NCBI GenBank assembly: GCA_040954595.2
Contig: CM082583.2
Coordinates: 10,553,656 to 10,617,655, forward strand
DNA from: Balanoglossus misakiensis
Lineage: Eukaryota > Animalia > Hemichordata
Length of the DNA: 64,000 bases
Reading direction: 5' to 3'
The translations under genes and the position numbers were made by a program. Positions 12,001 through 23,565 of the stretch are shown piece after piece (positions within the stretch are counted from its first letter, which is position 1; every line of letters begins with the position of its first letter). Below the pieces are notes generated by a model. That model saw only the letters and a program-made list of their open reading frames with translations, had not been told where the DNA came from and ran no database searches.

Positions 12001-15000
12001 GAGAATGGTCATATACTGCAGACACAAGTGACCCAGACAGAATTTCATGCCCTAATACTCAAGAGCCTTAAGGATAAAAGTTTTCTTGTATCGATGTTGA
12101 TGTTGTATGCACACATGGAAAGACTTGCTGTGCATTATCACATGTTTTTCATTTTTGCTTGTTTCAGTCATGTCTATAGAGTACTTGCAGCCCCAGGTTG
12201 TGTCTTGACAAGAACCTGATAGTTTGAATGTGTGTATGTGCACTACCTAATATTTCCAGCCATGAAGAGGCCAGGTCATGTATTAAAGGGACAATGTTGT
12301 TCTGCTCTGAAAGTATTTTGATTAATAATTTATAATTTGATGTGGCTGACTTAAAAAGAGCGTCACAATTTTTCGGTTGGACCAAGAGAGAAATGTGAAA
12401 ACGTCTGTTAGAGAACGTAAATGTTACCATGGTTATAGTGAATTCTACTTTAAAGATGCCCATTAATACAACAACGTCAAGAGTACAGATTACAATCTCT
12501 TGTGGTGACACTTAAAAAGAGAAGCAGTCCCATTGTGCCGTTTTCCAACCAAAGAACCTTGTGCAAATAATGGAAGATGTTCGATTTCACCTTAGTTTTG
12601 GTTTTCATCTCTCTAAAGCATTCTATGTGGGGTGCAAAGTCTGCTTTATTGAAATTGATAGCCCGCCCCATCTGTTAGATCTTCGAAGTTTAAAGCACTG
12701 CATTAGAGAAGTTTAAAAACCACAAGTTGTGGACAATGCCGATGAATACACTGAGCTGTTTGTGTATAAACCACCGACACTGTCTACTGTGTAATGCAGT
12801 AACGTGTAAACATCAGAATTTGTTGATTTTTTGGAGGTGAATTTCAGCAATTTGAAGAGGCTGGCGTTGCCTACAGAGCTACTTGGAATGGACCCAACTA
12901 CCTTTAATATACATGTAGCTTAGAGGTTTGTTGTAAGCTGATTTGGTGAAGTCTAGTGATCCAATAGGGACTAAGGTCTGAAGTAACTAAACAAAGTTGC
13001 CGCCGTGCATGCAGAGATCGGGTGTTCGGCGAGATTTGCGGTGTGCTCTGTCCAACCTTGTTTGGCGTGATTTGTGGCTTGCCCGTATCCAGCCTGGTGT
13101 CATTAGCATGGCAATCAATGGCAGATAGAACGTCCCTTAGAATTCGGCTGATTGACAGGGCCCCACTCGTTACCTGAAAAGTGCCTATGCATGTAGTCAA
13201 ACACTGTTACGCTGTCCACATCAGTTGACTCTGCTATCAGACTTTGTTCGTGGTGTTTGTAAAGTTCTCAGCTTGGGAAACGTGCACAGAGAGTCCAGTG
13301 GAAGGCAAAGTACTGAGCTGTCTTGTTCCTTAAAAAGAATATGTCTGTCCAGTTGCTCATCTTGGTGTGTTCAGTACTAACTGTCGTTGTCGGAAATGAC
13401 AATAGTACCTACCCACGCGAAGACATCTTAAAGAAACTTTGGAAGAGTCTCGAAAAGGTACTTCTATTTATAACTTTGTTCTTTTTTTTCTTGAGTCTTC
13501 ACGAATCTACCCTCTGGAGACCTACGTAGCCAGTGGTGGAGTGTTATACTACAGTTCTTGTATACCCGTACCGTAATCGAAGGTCTTTATGAATTCTTTG
13601 AAATATTTTAATACTTCTTATGATTAGCTATTCTGAACCCAAAGTGTGTTGATTTGCTCTCCGGAAAGGGACAAAATTTGAAACTTTGGGCAGTTGTGAG
13701 TTGTTGTTTTTTGTATGGGAAATGGCAGTAATGCTGTCCTGTTGAATCTTAGGTTGTTTCAACTCTACTGTCACCCTGTGTGTAGATTTAATGTACTGCT
13801 ACAAATATCAATGAATGATTTATTGTACATACTAGAAATTAGTACATACCAATTTTTATCTCCTAAGCTCTAAATATTTAGTGTCTGTCAAAAATGCTCA
13901 GCTTGGATAATATTTTTTTTCAGTGCTGATTAATGACCCTGCTAGAATTTGTTTCATGTAATTCGAGCCTGGTAATTCAGTACAACATATGTGTGCATAC
14001 AGGCAACATTTTTCATATTGGTGAAAATTAATTCAAATCTTGACTTTAATAGGCAAGACCAGATATTTTTTACCAAGAGATTTTCAGTGTGACAAGTTTA
14101 CCCTGACAAGCTTAAAATGTGCGTCTTGTGTTCTGAAGCTGTCGAAGGGAAAAGTCTGCATTCAAATCACTCAGAGCAGTGATGTAATGGATGCATGGTG
14201 AATGAATACACATGTACATATATGTACCTGATGACGCACTCTGGGTTAACAGTAACACCCTTTGTATACAACACGCAGATCGACAACATATGAACCCTTT
14301 ATTGTCCAGGGATACACACATAGCATCAAGTCTCATATTTGATATACAGTGATTATTATTTCTATATTTTATCGATGGACTCTTAGTCAAATTGGATGTG
14401 TGGGGCTTGTTTGATTTGCAGTAGACTTTGATGTTTGTTGTTTGGCAAATTTGTGTGTATATACACACGTCTGTGTCTGTCTGTATGTGCTTAGAGCTAA
14501 GTATGTGCTTTTGTATTGTGTGTATAACACTCACATTGTCAAAACATGCAACACCCACAGCATGCAGTAATGAAGTCATTTTAGGTTCAGAGAAGTGATG
14601 ATGGAAATGCTTTTCGTGAAATAGCAATCTTCAATTGCATCTGAAATAACTTACTTGTCTGAGTCTGACGTCATAACAATGTCAAAAAGTAGGCAACTTT
14701 GCTCTTTAATGTAAACGTAGCTATGGAAAACCAGTAGATTATAGAGCATATACATTTTGTTCATTCCAGTTCATCATCAAATTCATTTTTTCTGGTCACG
14801 GAAAAGTGTCATCTGATCTCTGTTTGTATTTTCTGATTTTTTCTCAATGCAGCAAGTTGGTTGTGATGGAATCCTGGGATCCAACACCAAACTTGATCGC
14901 TGTGGCAACTGTGGAGGAGACAGCTCCCAGTGCAAAGTTATGTCTGGTACATTCGATGCTGCCACCATGAATGTGGGATACAATATGGTGGTGAAGATTC

Positions 15001-18000
15001 CGCAAGGGGCAACCAGGATCAATGTCACAGAGATGGCCAGGAGTCGAAACTACCTAGGTGAGTTCACATTCCTATGAAACAAAAACTAAACAGCAAATTA
15101 CTGTCATATATACTAGTAACAGTTTCAAGTCTACCAGAGTAAACGTGGCATTGATTTGATCCCAATGCACTGGTCATCCCACACTCCCAGCGGCCAATTG
15201 GCAAACGGAACTCTTGTGTTTGGTATTGGATGTCACCGACGGAAGCAGACTCAATGTCTCACTCACTCACTCACTCACTCACTCACTCACTCACTCACTC
15301 ACTCACTCACTCACTCACTCACTCACTCACTCACTCACTCACTCACTCACTCACTCACTAACTCCCTCCCACAATCAATCAATCATCAATCAATAAATCA
15401 GCCAATCAATCCATCACTGTAGAAATGACTAATTCCTTGAATTTTCTATTAGTCACTCTGCTGTCTTAAGACGGTGAAGTTTGGTAATGGGCTGTTAAAA
15501 AGTCCAGGATACATGACTAATGCTAAAGTGGTTGTGTAAATGGACAGGCTTTTCTCCTTGTAGAGTCAGTGGCCAAAAAAATTAATGAGATGTAACCCAC
15601 ACTTTGAAGCTTACTTTTCAACACAATTGAAAAATCCTTGTTTGGTGTAAACACTATCACAGGGCCAATTGCTCATGCAAGACATTTTTAGGAGTGTCAG
15701 TGTTTGATGAAAAACACCAAAAAGTATTTTAAAACCTCTTTAGCATAGTTCATGATACTTTGTTTGATATCAATACCATGAAGGGGTGGTATACTCACAA
15801 AGGACATTTCTGATAGGGTTTATGTTTGAAGGAAAACATCAAAACTTGTGTAAAGACTTACTTTATTGTGTTGGTCATGGTGTTTTCACTTTTGACGAGT
15901 TCTGGTGGCTCCCTTGCAATGAGAGACAAATTGACAATAAACACCATTACAGTGTTGACTTGCAAAGATACACACAGTGAATGCATAGTCATTGAAATCC
16001 CTCAAAAATTGAGACTACGAATGTTTCCAACAAATGTACAAACAACTGAAATGCAATACTGGTAATTGTGTTACCCATGAAGCCACTAAAATGAGAACTA
16101 TTTAAAGTCAATGCAGTAAGGCACAGATGTCAAGTATCTGTAAGAAAATCTCTTTGACTACTCCTTTGGTTTTCAAATTTGTAATTCACACTATTTGGCA
16201 ACAGAGAGGGTGTAAACACCGGTGTGAATTCTTCCCTTTTCAGCTCGGCCATTTGTCTGTGTGTTGCCTTTTGAACTGCCACCTTTTGAAAAAGACACAG
16301 AAAGACCGACTGATTTTCGCTTGGAGAAATCCAAACCTGGTCTCTGTTCTGCTGTCGCATTGTTGCGTTGAGATATCGCTTACCGCACACGCAACTGTTT
16401 TTTCTGTTGTAAAGTGCACAAAAAACCACTCTACCAAACTTCAGTGAACATGTAAATACAGCTGAATCACACTTTGTGTTTGCTTGCATGTGTTTTTGTC
16501 TAGCTGTTGTGTACCTGTGCTTTCAGAAATTACTAATCTCGGCACAGATCTTGAATCTTGAAGATAGTGTAAAAAAGTCAATTGAATTTCTCGTTCACTT
16601 TTTCTTGCACTTGCTAATTCAACCACCTGTGAACGTGACTTTAATTCCAAAAAAGTATTATTTTAACAATCTCATTCTCTCTCAACAGCTGTCAAGGGTC
16701 CCAATGGCAAAGGTTACATCAACAGTGACTGGTCCATCAATAACCCAGGCAAATATATGGTCGCTGGCACTATGTTTGAGTACAGACGCCCCCTAGAGCC
16801 AACCTCTTCAGTAGGAGAACTCTTGCTTGCAGATGGTCCCACAAATGAAGAAGTTGATATCATGGTAAATTTTACATACTTTGCGTTCGATTTTGTTACA
16901 TATTTATATGTTAGAAATTATCCAAAATTCCCATAAATTGTCTTCTTCTTAACCTTTGAGTAGAGAATTATTGCCTGTTGGAACCAAGTTTGTGACGTAT
17001 CAATCAGAAGCATGTGACCCTGTATATATTTTTCTTCAAATGTCTTTCAGCTCATCTATCAGCAGCAAAATCCTGGTATCCATTATGAGTACATCATGCC
17101 ATTGGATGGGAGTGACTCAGGGACACCTGAGCAACAGGCTGACAGCGGCGATACCCAGGATGTGCAAGGTGACAGTGATCCAGATCAGCCACAGGTAAAA
17201 GTTGCAATTGCTGGAACGTGAAATTTAGATTTTGAGTAAGCATAATACTGTGACTAATTTGTGACAAGTAAATACATCTTTTCCTTTACTTGTAAGCAGA
17301 CATATCAATTCAAATATTCTTAACATTTTTGTCTTTTGTCTTTCAGCCTGGCTACCAGGGTCGAAATCCTGGAGCAAACCCAGGTCGTGATCAGTCTAGA
17401 ATCACATCAGCCAACGCTGGTACCTCAGCTGGCACTAGCTATTATGGACGGGGCCAGAACTATAATGGCAGGTATAACCCCGGAAGAAGTTACGGCAACA
17501 ATGGAAACCCATCCTACGGGTATGGGGGTAATACCGGTACATCATATGGTTCCAGGTACATACCAGGTTCAAGTTCTGGCCGAGGGGTGTACACAGGACC
17601 ATCTTATCCAGGGTTGCAAACTCCGTACGGCAATTCTTACAATCCCAGAGCACAGCCAGGCTATCAGGCTGGATCAAACCAGGGCTCCGGATATAATGCC
17701 GGCAGAAATTACGGATTGCAGCCGCCGTATGGGAGTGGTCCGGCACAGCCAAGACCCGGCTATTCCAGAGGCGGCGTGTATCCCGGAGTCTCTGGCACTT
17801 ATCCCGGATCAAGCAATTCCCAGGGAAGTTATCCGGGAGGGAGTAACTCAAGAGGGAACTACAATTCCCAGAATCCGTACAACCAGGGCTCCTATTCCCA
17901 AAACGGTTACCAAGGGGGTGGTGTGTATCCGCCAAACACCTATTCCGGGGGCTCCAATTCAAGAAATCCCTTCCCTGGAGGCAGCAACCCACAAGGTGTG

Positions 18001-21000
18001 AATCCGGGTGGAATTCCGCAAGGCAGGAATCCCGGAGTGATCCCGGGTAGAGGTGGATCCGGTGGAAGGGGAGTCTCGCCGACAGATTCCCAGAGTCCGT
18101 ACCAACCGGCAACTGGCCTTTCAAGAGACGAGTCTAATCCAGGTTTTGGGGGATACTCTCCGAAATTTTATGAGTGGAAGGAGATCGGAAAGACTGACTG
18201 CACGGTATCGTGTGCTGGAGGTGAGAGCAGTTGGGAGTTGAAAACGCAAATCACGTAATAATATTTAACATGAATTTTCATGATGTAATACTAATTGCTA
18301 CTAATGTTCAAAACGCCAAATAAATGTGGATGTGATTATATAAATCCCAATATTGTTGATTTCTTTTCTGTTCAGGAACCCAACAAAGTATTGTGAAATG
18401 TGTCATAGAGAATAGTGTAACAGCCGTATCTGATTCCAACTGTGATGACAGATACAAACCACAGTCAACCATGTCACAGTGCAATACTGATCCATGCCCT
18501 GCAAGGTTAGTATAATACAGTCCAGTGAATCTCAATTTTACTTTGGCAAATTTAATTCTTTGTGAGTTACGCACTGAGCCAACTCAGATGAAGCCAGGAC
18601 ATAAGGTGATACAGGGGTCGTGAAAGTCACCAATGGAATCCTACAGGTTGATGTGTGTATGTGTTTGCAAGAATTTGAAGGGAAATGGAATATAGAATTT
18701 CATTACAGTAGTTGTTGTATTTGTCATTGTAGGTGGGAGACTGGTGCTTGGAGTGAATGCAGTCGTACTTGCGGTGATGGTGCGCAGGTCAGGCAGGTCA
18801 ACTGTAAACAAATAGTTAGTCAAACGCTGGATATCTTGGTTGCTGCCATCAAATGCTCAAATGACGATGCCCCAAACAGCAGAAGATCATGTAACCAAGG
18901 AAACTGTCCAGAGTGGAAAGCATCAGAATGGAGTGAGGTGTGTGTTCTTTTTTGTCCTTTTTGTGGAAGTTTTATAGTCTTTAACCATTGTTCAAATATC
19001 TAAGGAAAAAAAGCGACAACCTTTATGTAGGGGTTGTGTGAGGTGAATTTTTAATCAACGCAAGTGGTGTAACATGAGGACATCATATGAATTGAGGTTA
19101 AAGTCACCTTAGGCATTTTAGATCAACACAATTCAAGCGAATCCCTGCCTGCAGCTTTGTACGAAAGTGTATGCTTTCTGCCCTCACAGTGTGCATTAAT
19201 TAGTGTGTGACTTTTGTTTTTCATTTGAATATGTTCAATCTGTCCCTTTAAAACAGTGCTCAGTGCGGTGTGGGCAGGGAACTCGCTCCAGAAGAGTGAC
19301 CTGTGAAGATGGCAATGGCGTGGCTGATGACAGACTTTGCAGTCAGTTGGCCAAACCATCGGATAATGAGGGATGTGACATGGGCTCTTGTGCGAGCAAG
19401 TGGTACCACTCAGAATGGTCTGATCTTGTAAGTACATTCGTGGCAAATTTTGTCACCATCACCGACATCATCGCGGTCTCACAAGACTGGTATATGATAC
19501 ACACTAGACAAATATTGTACTTTTTAATTTATTTTTTTACAAAAAAATGTTAAATTTCTGTATTTTGTTACAGTGTTCGGAACAATGCGGTACGGGTGTC
19601 CACACCAGGAGGGTGGTATGTTCCGGGATGGGGGAGAATGGTGCCATTTCGGAGTCTGAATGCTACAGCAGTGATAAACCCAGTGACAGTAAATCGTGTA
19701 ACAACGGCCCCTGCGCTGCTCAGTGGTTTGCGGGATCGTGGAGTCAGGTGGGTGGAATGTGTACCGGCAATTGTCATGTGTGACGTTAGTTGGTTGTGTA
19801 GTCAAGCCACAGACAGGCAGGGACAGAAAGACATGTACATTGTACATGTACATACAGACAGACCCATCAGACAAACATGCATGTACATATACATTTGCCG
19901 TATCATAGAGAATTATCCATTCCAATCTTGCTGTCAGAACCCAATTTCACCCTGACTCTCTGGTGACCTTCTGAACAGGTCAAAGAATTAACTCATTGCA
20001 GTGTTGGTCCATCCTGATGAAACTTATTGCCTGTTTACTCTACAGTGTTCGGCAGAATGTGGGGACGGTACTCAGTCCAGATCCATTGCCTGTATCTCGA
20101 TGAATGAAGATGATATGAGAGTCGTGTCTGCCGATTTGTGTCAAGAAGCAGATGCACCAGCCACCAGTCAAACTTGTAACCTTAAACCCTGTGAAGCCGA
20201 GTGGTTTGTCACCAAATGGTCGGAGGTGAGATCATCAGTTTCTTGAATCATTCGATCATAATCAGTTGATTTGTCAAAGATTGTTATTGAGGTGTATTTT
20301 TGTGTTGATCTAAACCTGGTACCTATCAAACATTTCGTTGCAGAACTATTGCTGGCATCTTCATTGGGCACCATTACTCACACCTTCTTAGAAAGAACAA
20401 CCACAAGATGCATTCTGTGTAATTGTTTTCTGTCAAATACCAATTGTATTTTATTGTCTCTTCCTAATAGTGTTCAAAGACTTGTGATGGTGGACACAAA
20501 GCCAGGGAAGTGAAGTGCATGGACGATGACAACAACGCATCTTCAGCCTGCGATGAGAACAAGAAACCGTCAGAGAGACAGAACTGCAACAGCGTGCCCT
20601 GCCCAACACGAGCCCCGAGTAAGTAGAGCGAAACTTAGAAGAAAACTCTTATTCTTGGAACTATCACACTGCCCAGTTTCGTTGCTTCTTTACTTTTTTT
20701 ATTCTTTTTTTTTTAGTTTCTTTGCACAGAGTTAATGCTCTATTAACTATTGCTTTTTTCAGATTTGCATTCAAAGTTATAGATGTGGCTGATCATGTAA
20801 GTTCAGAGGTCAAAGGTCGACTCATGTGGGTGTTAGGTAGTAAAATGGTGTACCGTATTTGGACTAATAGCCAGAAAATGAAATTGTGGTTTTTGAATGG
20901 CTTGAGTTTTAACCGATGTGGAAGCATGACGTTTTTTAACAATATTGGTAAAATAAACTTCCACGCGGGGATTCAAAAGTAGCACACCGGTGATACAACA

Positions 21001-21970
21001 GAAATGGGTAAAATTCTATGGGCAATATGAAAAATTCAATTAATATCTCTCAAATTGGTTGGTAACAAATTTTCATACAGATTTTATATTGAGTCTTCAT
21101 CAAAATGAAGGGATATTTGAAACAACCCATGTCATAAATATATTGAATTATTTTTGTCAACAGACTAATGAAATTTAAGTCTTAAGGAATTTTGGCATTG
21201 TATTCAAAAGTTGCCAAAGTTGTATAGGCCCTTGCATGATACATGTATTAGTGTATCTTTGAGTTCCACCCTTAGCCAAATTTCACTTCCCATATCGAAG
21301 ATTTGTTGACCACCTGAACTGCATGTCTCTGCTCCTATAATAACTGCATAGTTTTGTGGTACTTTTTGGTTCCTTCTGTCTGCTTTTTCATGTACTAATA
21401 GTCTTAGTTGGCGAAATCATGCATGGTTGAAAACGTAACACGTCTTAACACTATTTTACAATCACTTTGCTCAAACTCTGTCTCAGACTGCCTTGAGTTT
21501 CTTTCATCTGTCTGTTGTCAATCTGGGCTGATCACTGATAGCAGGCTTTGTCACTGACGGCAGACTGACAAATTGATTGTAGCACATGGTTTGGAGTTCT
21601 TGTTTGTGCTCGGGTTGGGTGTTGTTGTTTTTTATCCCCTGCAATACATGTAGTTGATCAGCCACTGCTGTAGAGGACAGTAGTATTGTCATTGTGACAT
21701 TTTACGACTGTCATTGTTTGTGGTACAGTTTTGAAACATGTGGAGAACATTTAGAAGTGTGTCATGTACATGTATGAAGTACTTTCTCATTATGCATAAA
21801 CTGATCACATAACAAATCTCTTTCTTTCTGTCTTTCTTCTTTGTCTATGTTTATCAACAGATGGTAATTGCAAAGACAAGTTCAGCAACTGCGATATTGT
21901 GGTACAGGCAAACCTCTGCAACTACCCATACTATAAGAAATCGTGTTGTTTCTCGTGTTTTGGAAGGTGA
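1..21970 (+). CDS. THSD4: Thrombospondin type-1 domain-containing protein 4 / ADAMTS-like 6 (ADAMTSL4/6 co-ortholog), 5'-partial, 12 exons in window
   Basis: Exons, all GT-AG with matching phases: <1-100 ([33 protein letters not shown]), 14853-15057 ([10 protein letters not shown]...[11 protein letters not shown]), 16689-16864 (spacer, GPTNE), 17051-17194 ([14 protein letters not shown]), 17347-18220 (G/Y/P/N-rich + [13 protein letters not shown]), 18376-18505, 18733-18937, 19257-19427, 19574-19747, 20046-20225, 20471-20618 (TSR1 repeats WxxxxWSxCSxxCG), 21861-21970 ([37 protein letters not shown]). The order Cys-rich, spacer, 6 TSR, PLAC, with no Kunitz or Ig domains, matches THSD4/ADAMTSL4. 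Confidence 0.9.
2512..2554 (+). promoter_or_regulatory. Candidate internal core promoter (AP-1 site + TATA) for alternative first exon A
   Basis: TGAGTCA at 2512-2518, TATATAAG at 2533-2540, Inr-like GCAGTT near 2549. There is no ATG between it and ATG 2725. Confidence 0.4.
2725..2808 (+). CDS. THSD4: Candidate alternative first coding exon A of THSD4-like gene (signal peptide)
   Basis: [28 protein letters not shown] (28 codons) ends at CTG|GTAAGA, a phase-0 donor compatible with the phase-0 acceptor at 14853. It has a hydrophobic core and an S-F-A cleavage-like motif. Confidence 0.6.
10351..10447. repeat. Compound tetranucleotide microsatellite (GATT/GGAT/GGCT/GAAT/GGTT)
   Basis: attgattgattgatt... 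followed by ggatggtt, ggct, gaat and ggtt runs. Confidence 0.85.
10701..11137. mobile_element. Non-autonomous Tc1/mariner-type MITE (437 bp)
   Basis: Perfect 27-bp terminal inverted repeats CAGTGCAGCTTAGGAATAGCTTTCCAA (10701-10727 and 11111-11137), TA on both flanks, an internal 83-bp direct repeat, and no transposase. Confidence 0.85.
13341..13457 (+). CDS. THSD4: Candidate alternative first coding exon B of THSD4-like gene (signal peptide)
   Basis: [39 protein letters not shown] (39 codons) ends at AAG|GTACTT, phase 0. Inr-like TCAGTT lies at 13221-13226 with an ATG-free leader and a CpG-richer upstream region. Confidence 0.6.
15258..15359. repeat. (CACT)n microsatellite, about 25 units
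   Basis: Continuous ctcactcact... run within an intron. Confidence 0.95.
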
Positions 21971-23559
21971 TAATCCAGGCCCGGGACACTCCAAAAGCCG
22001 CTGTTCTCTCCGACAACCCTCAAACTGTTCCTCACTCAGTATGCTCGTCAATGCAGCTGACAAGTACTACACTATTGTAAATATTTATTGCCATTTGCCT
22101 CATCCAATCTCTCCAGATAATCCCCATTCATATTTTAACCCTGACAACTATTGGCCCAACTCATCGAAGGGGGAAATCATCATGATACATGCCAGAACGT
22201 ATGTAATATTTTAATATGTAAAAGGGAACATTATTATCACAACATTATCATTGACAGATCTGTAGTATCCAATATATTATTCTAGCTCAGAAAAACAGTA
22301 TATTACATCATGTTAATACGGTACTTTTGAATGTCATTATTTTTACCTATACAGTTATGGTGATATGTTAACACAACTGACAGAAACTTTATAGTTTTCC
22401 ATATTTTTTAAATGACTTGGCTATGCATTATTTTTGCCAAGAAGATAGGTATGATAAATGTTTCCCCACTGACAAGAATTGAATTTTCAATTTGTGAACC
22501 ATATTGCACAAAATGAATAACCAATGGGGTATGAAGAAGAATCCAGACCATCTGTAATGGTTGAGACTTGGTCAGGCCAGTCCAATGCTTCATTAAGTTT
22601 CTCATCATCAATATTTTCAGTTTTTAACTCGGCAAGCACCTCCATTACTTGTATGTTTGTTTTTCTTGATTTTTATGAGAACTTATCGTCCAAGCTTTTT
22701 TTTCTGAATTTTGTCAGACTTGTAAGTTGTAAATCAAGTGAACCAGGAGGATTTTGATACAGCGAAACTGATCGGCAGTTCATCACATTTACAGCTCAAG
22801 GTACAAGACTTCTGTACAATAATCTAGTATTTATGTTAGAGAAACTTTGCAGCAAAACCCCACAGTTGTTATAAGCGCATGGCTGTGCGAGTTTTCAAAA
22901 AGTGCACATCAGCAGTTTCACCCCTCATTCCTGTTGCCTCATGTTAAGGATTCAACCATCGCGTTGAAAGCAGTGGGGTTGATGAAGCAGAGATTGGTGT
23001 TGAAAGAGTCCAACATGACTGTCCGATGTGACATGTCAAGTTTCGTGGAGTTACACTCCGCACAGACACCTGTGTTGATCCCATGGCAATTTTTTTGTCG
23101 TGCAGATAGTAAGAGACGTGAAGAACAGATTTGAACTCTTGTAATATTATTTTATTAGTTATATTATACCGTATCCTATTTGACAGAAGATTTTTTGAGA
23201 TATAACTTGTAATTATATTGTATATGGGAGTTTTTCCCGTTCTGAGGTAGACACCACAATGCAGTGCCTTCGGAGACACAAAACTTGTGTCTTGGAGTCA
23301 AGTTCAGAATTTGCTGAAAATGAGAAAAAAGTTTATCGATGTTTGACGACTCTCTTACATGTGGAAGTATCAAAGTAGAAAATAAGAGCTACAGAAAAGC
23401 CACACAATTATTCACTAGAGACCACAATTTTCCTTTCATCTCCCGTTATTTTATCCAAATGACAATTATGATAAGAAATAATCAAAGTAATATACATATA
23501 AGCTTATGTACAAGGGTAACATTTTTATTGGTATGCAGTTTATGCAAGCTTTTTACTGA

Positions 23560-23565
23560 AATAAA
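23560..23565 (+). terminator. Possible polyadenylation signal of THSD4-like gene
   Basis: AATAAA about 1.6 kb after the stop codon, in AT-rich 3'UTR-like sequence. Confidence 0.3.

Noticed and set aside
15156-15422. ORFs with (THSL)n repeats
   Set aside because: Translation of the (CACT)n microsatellite.
17336-18124. Overlapping 221-aa alternative-frame and 229-aa antisense ORFs
   Set aside because: Shadow frames of the Gly/Pro-rich exon, with no recognisable domain or independent splice signals.
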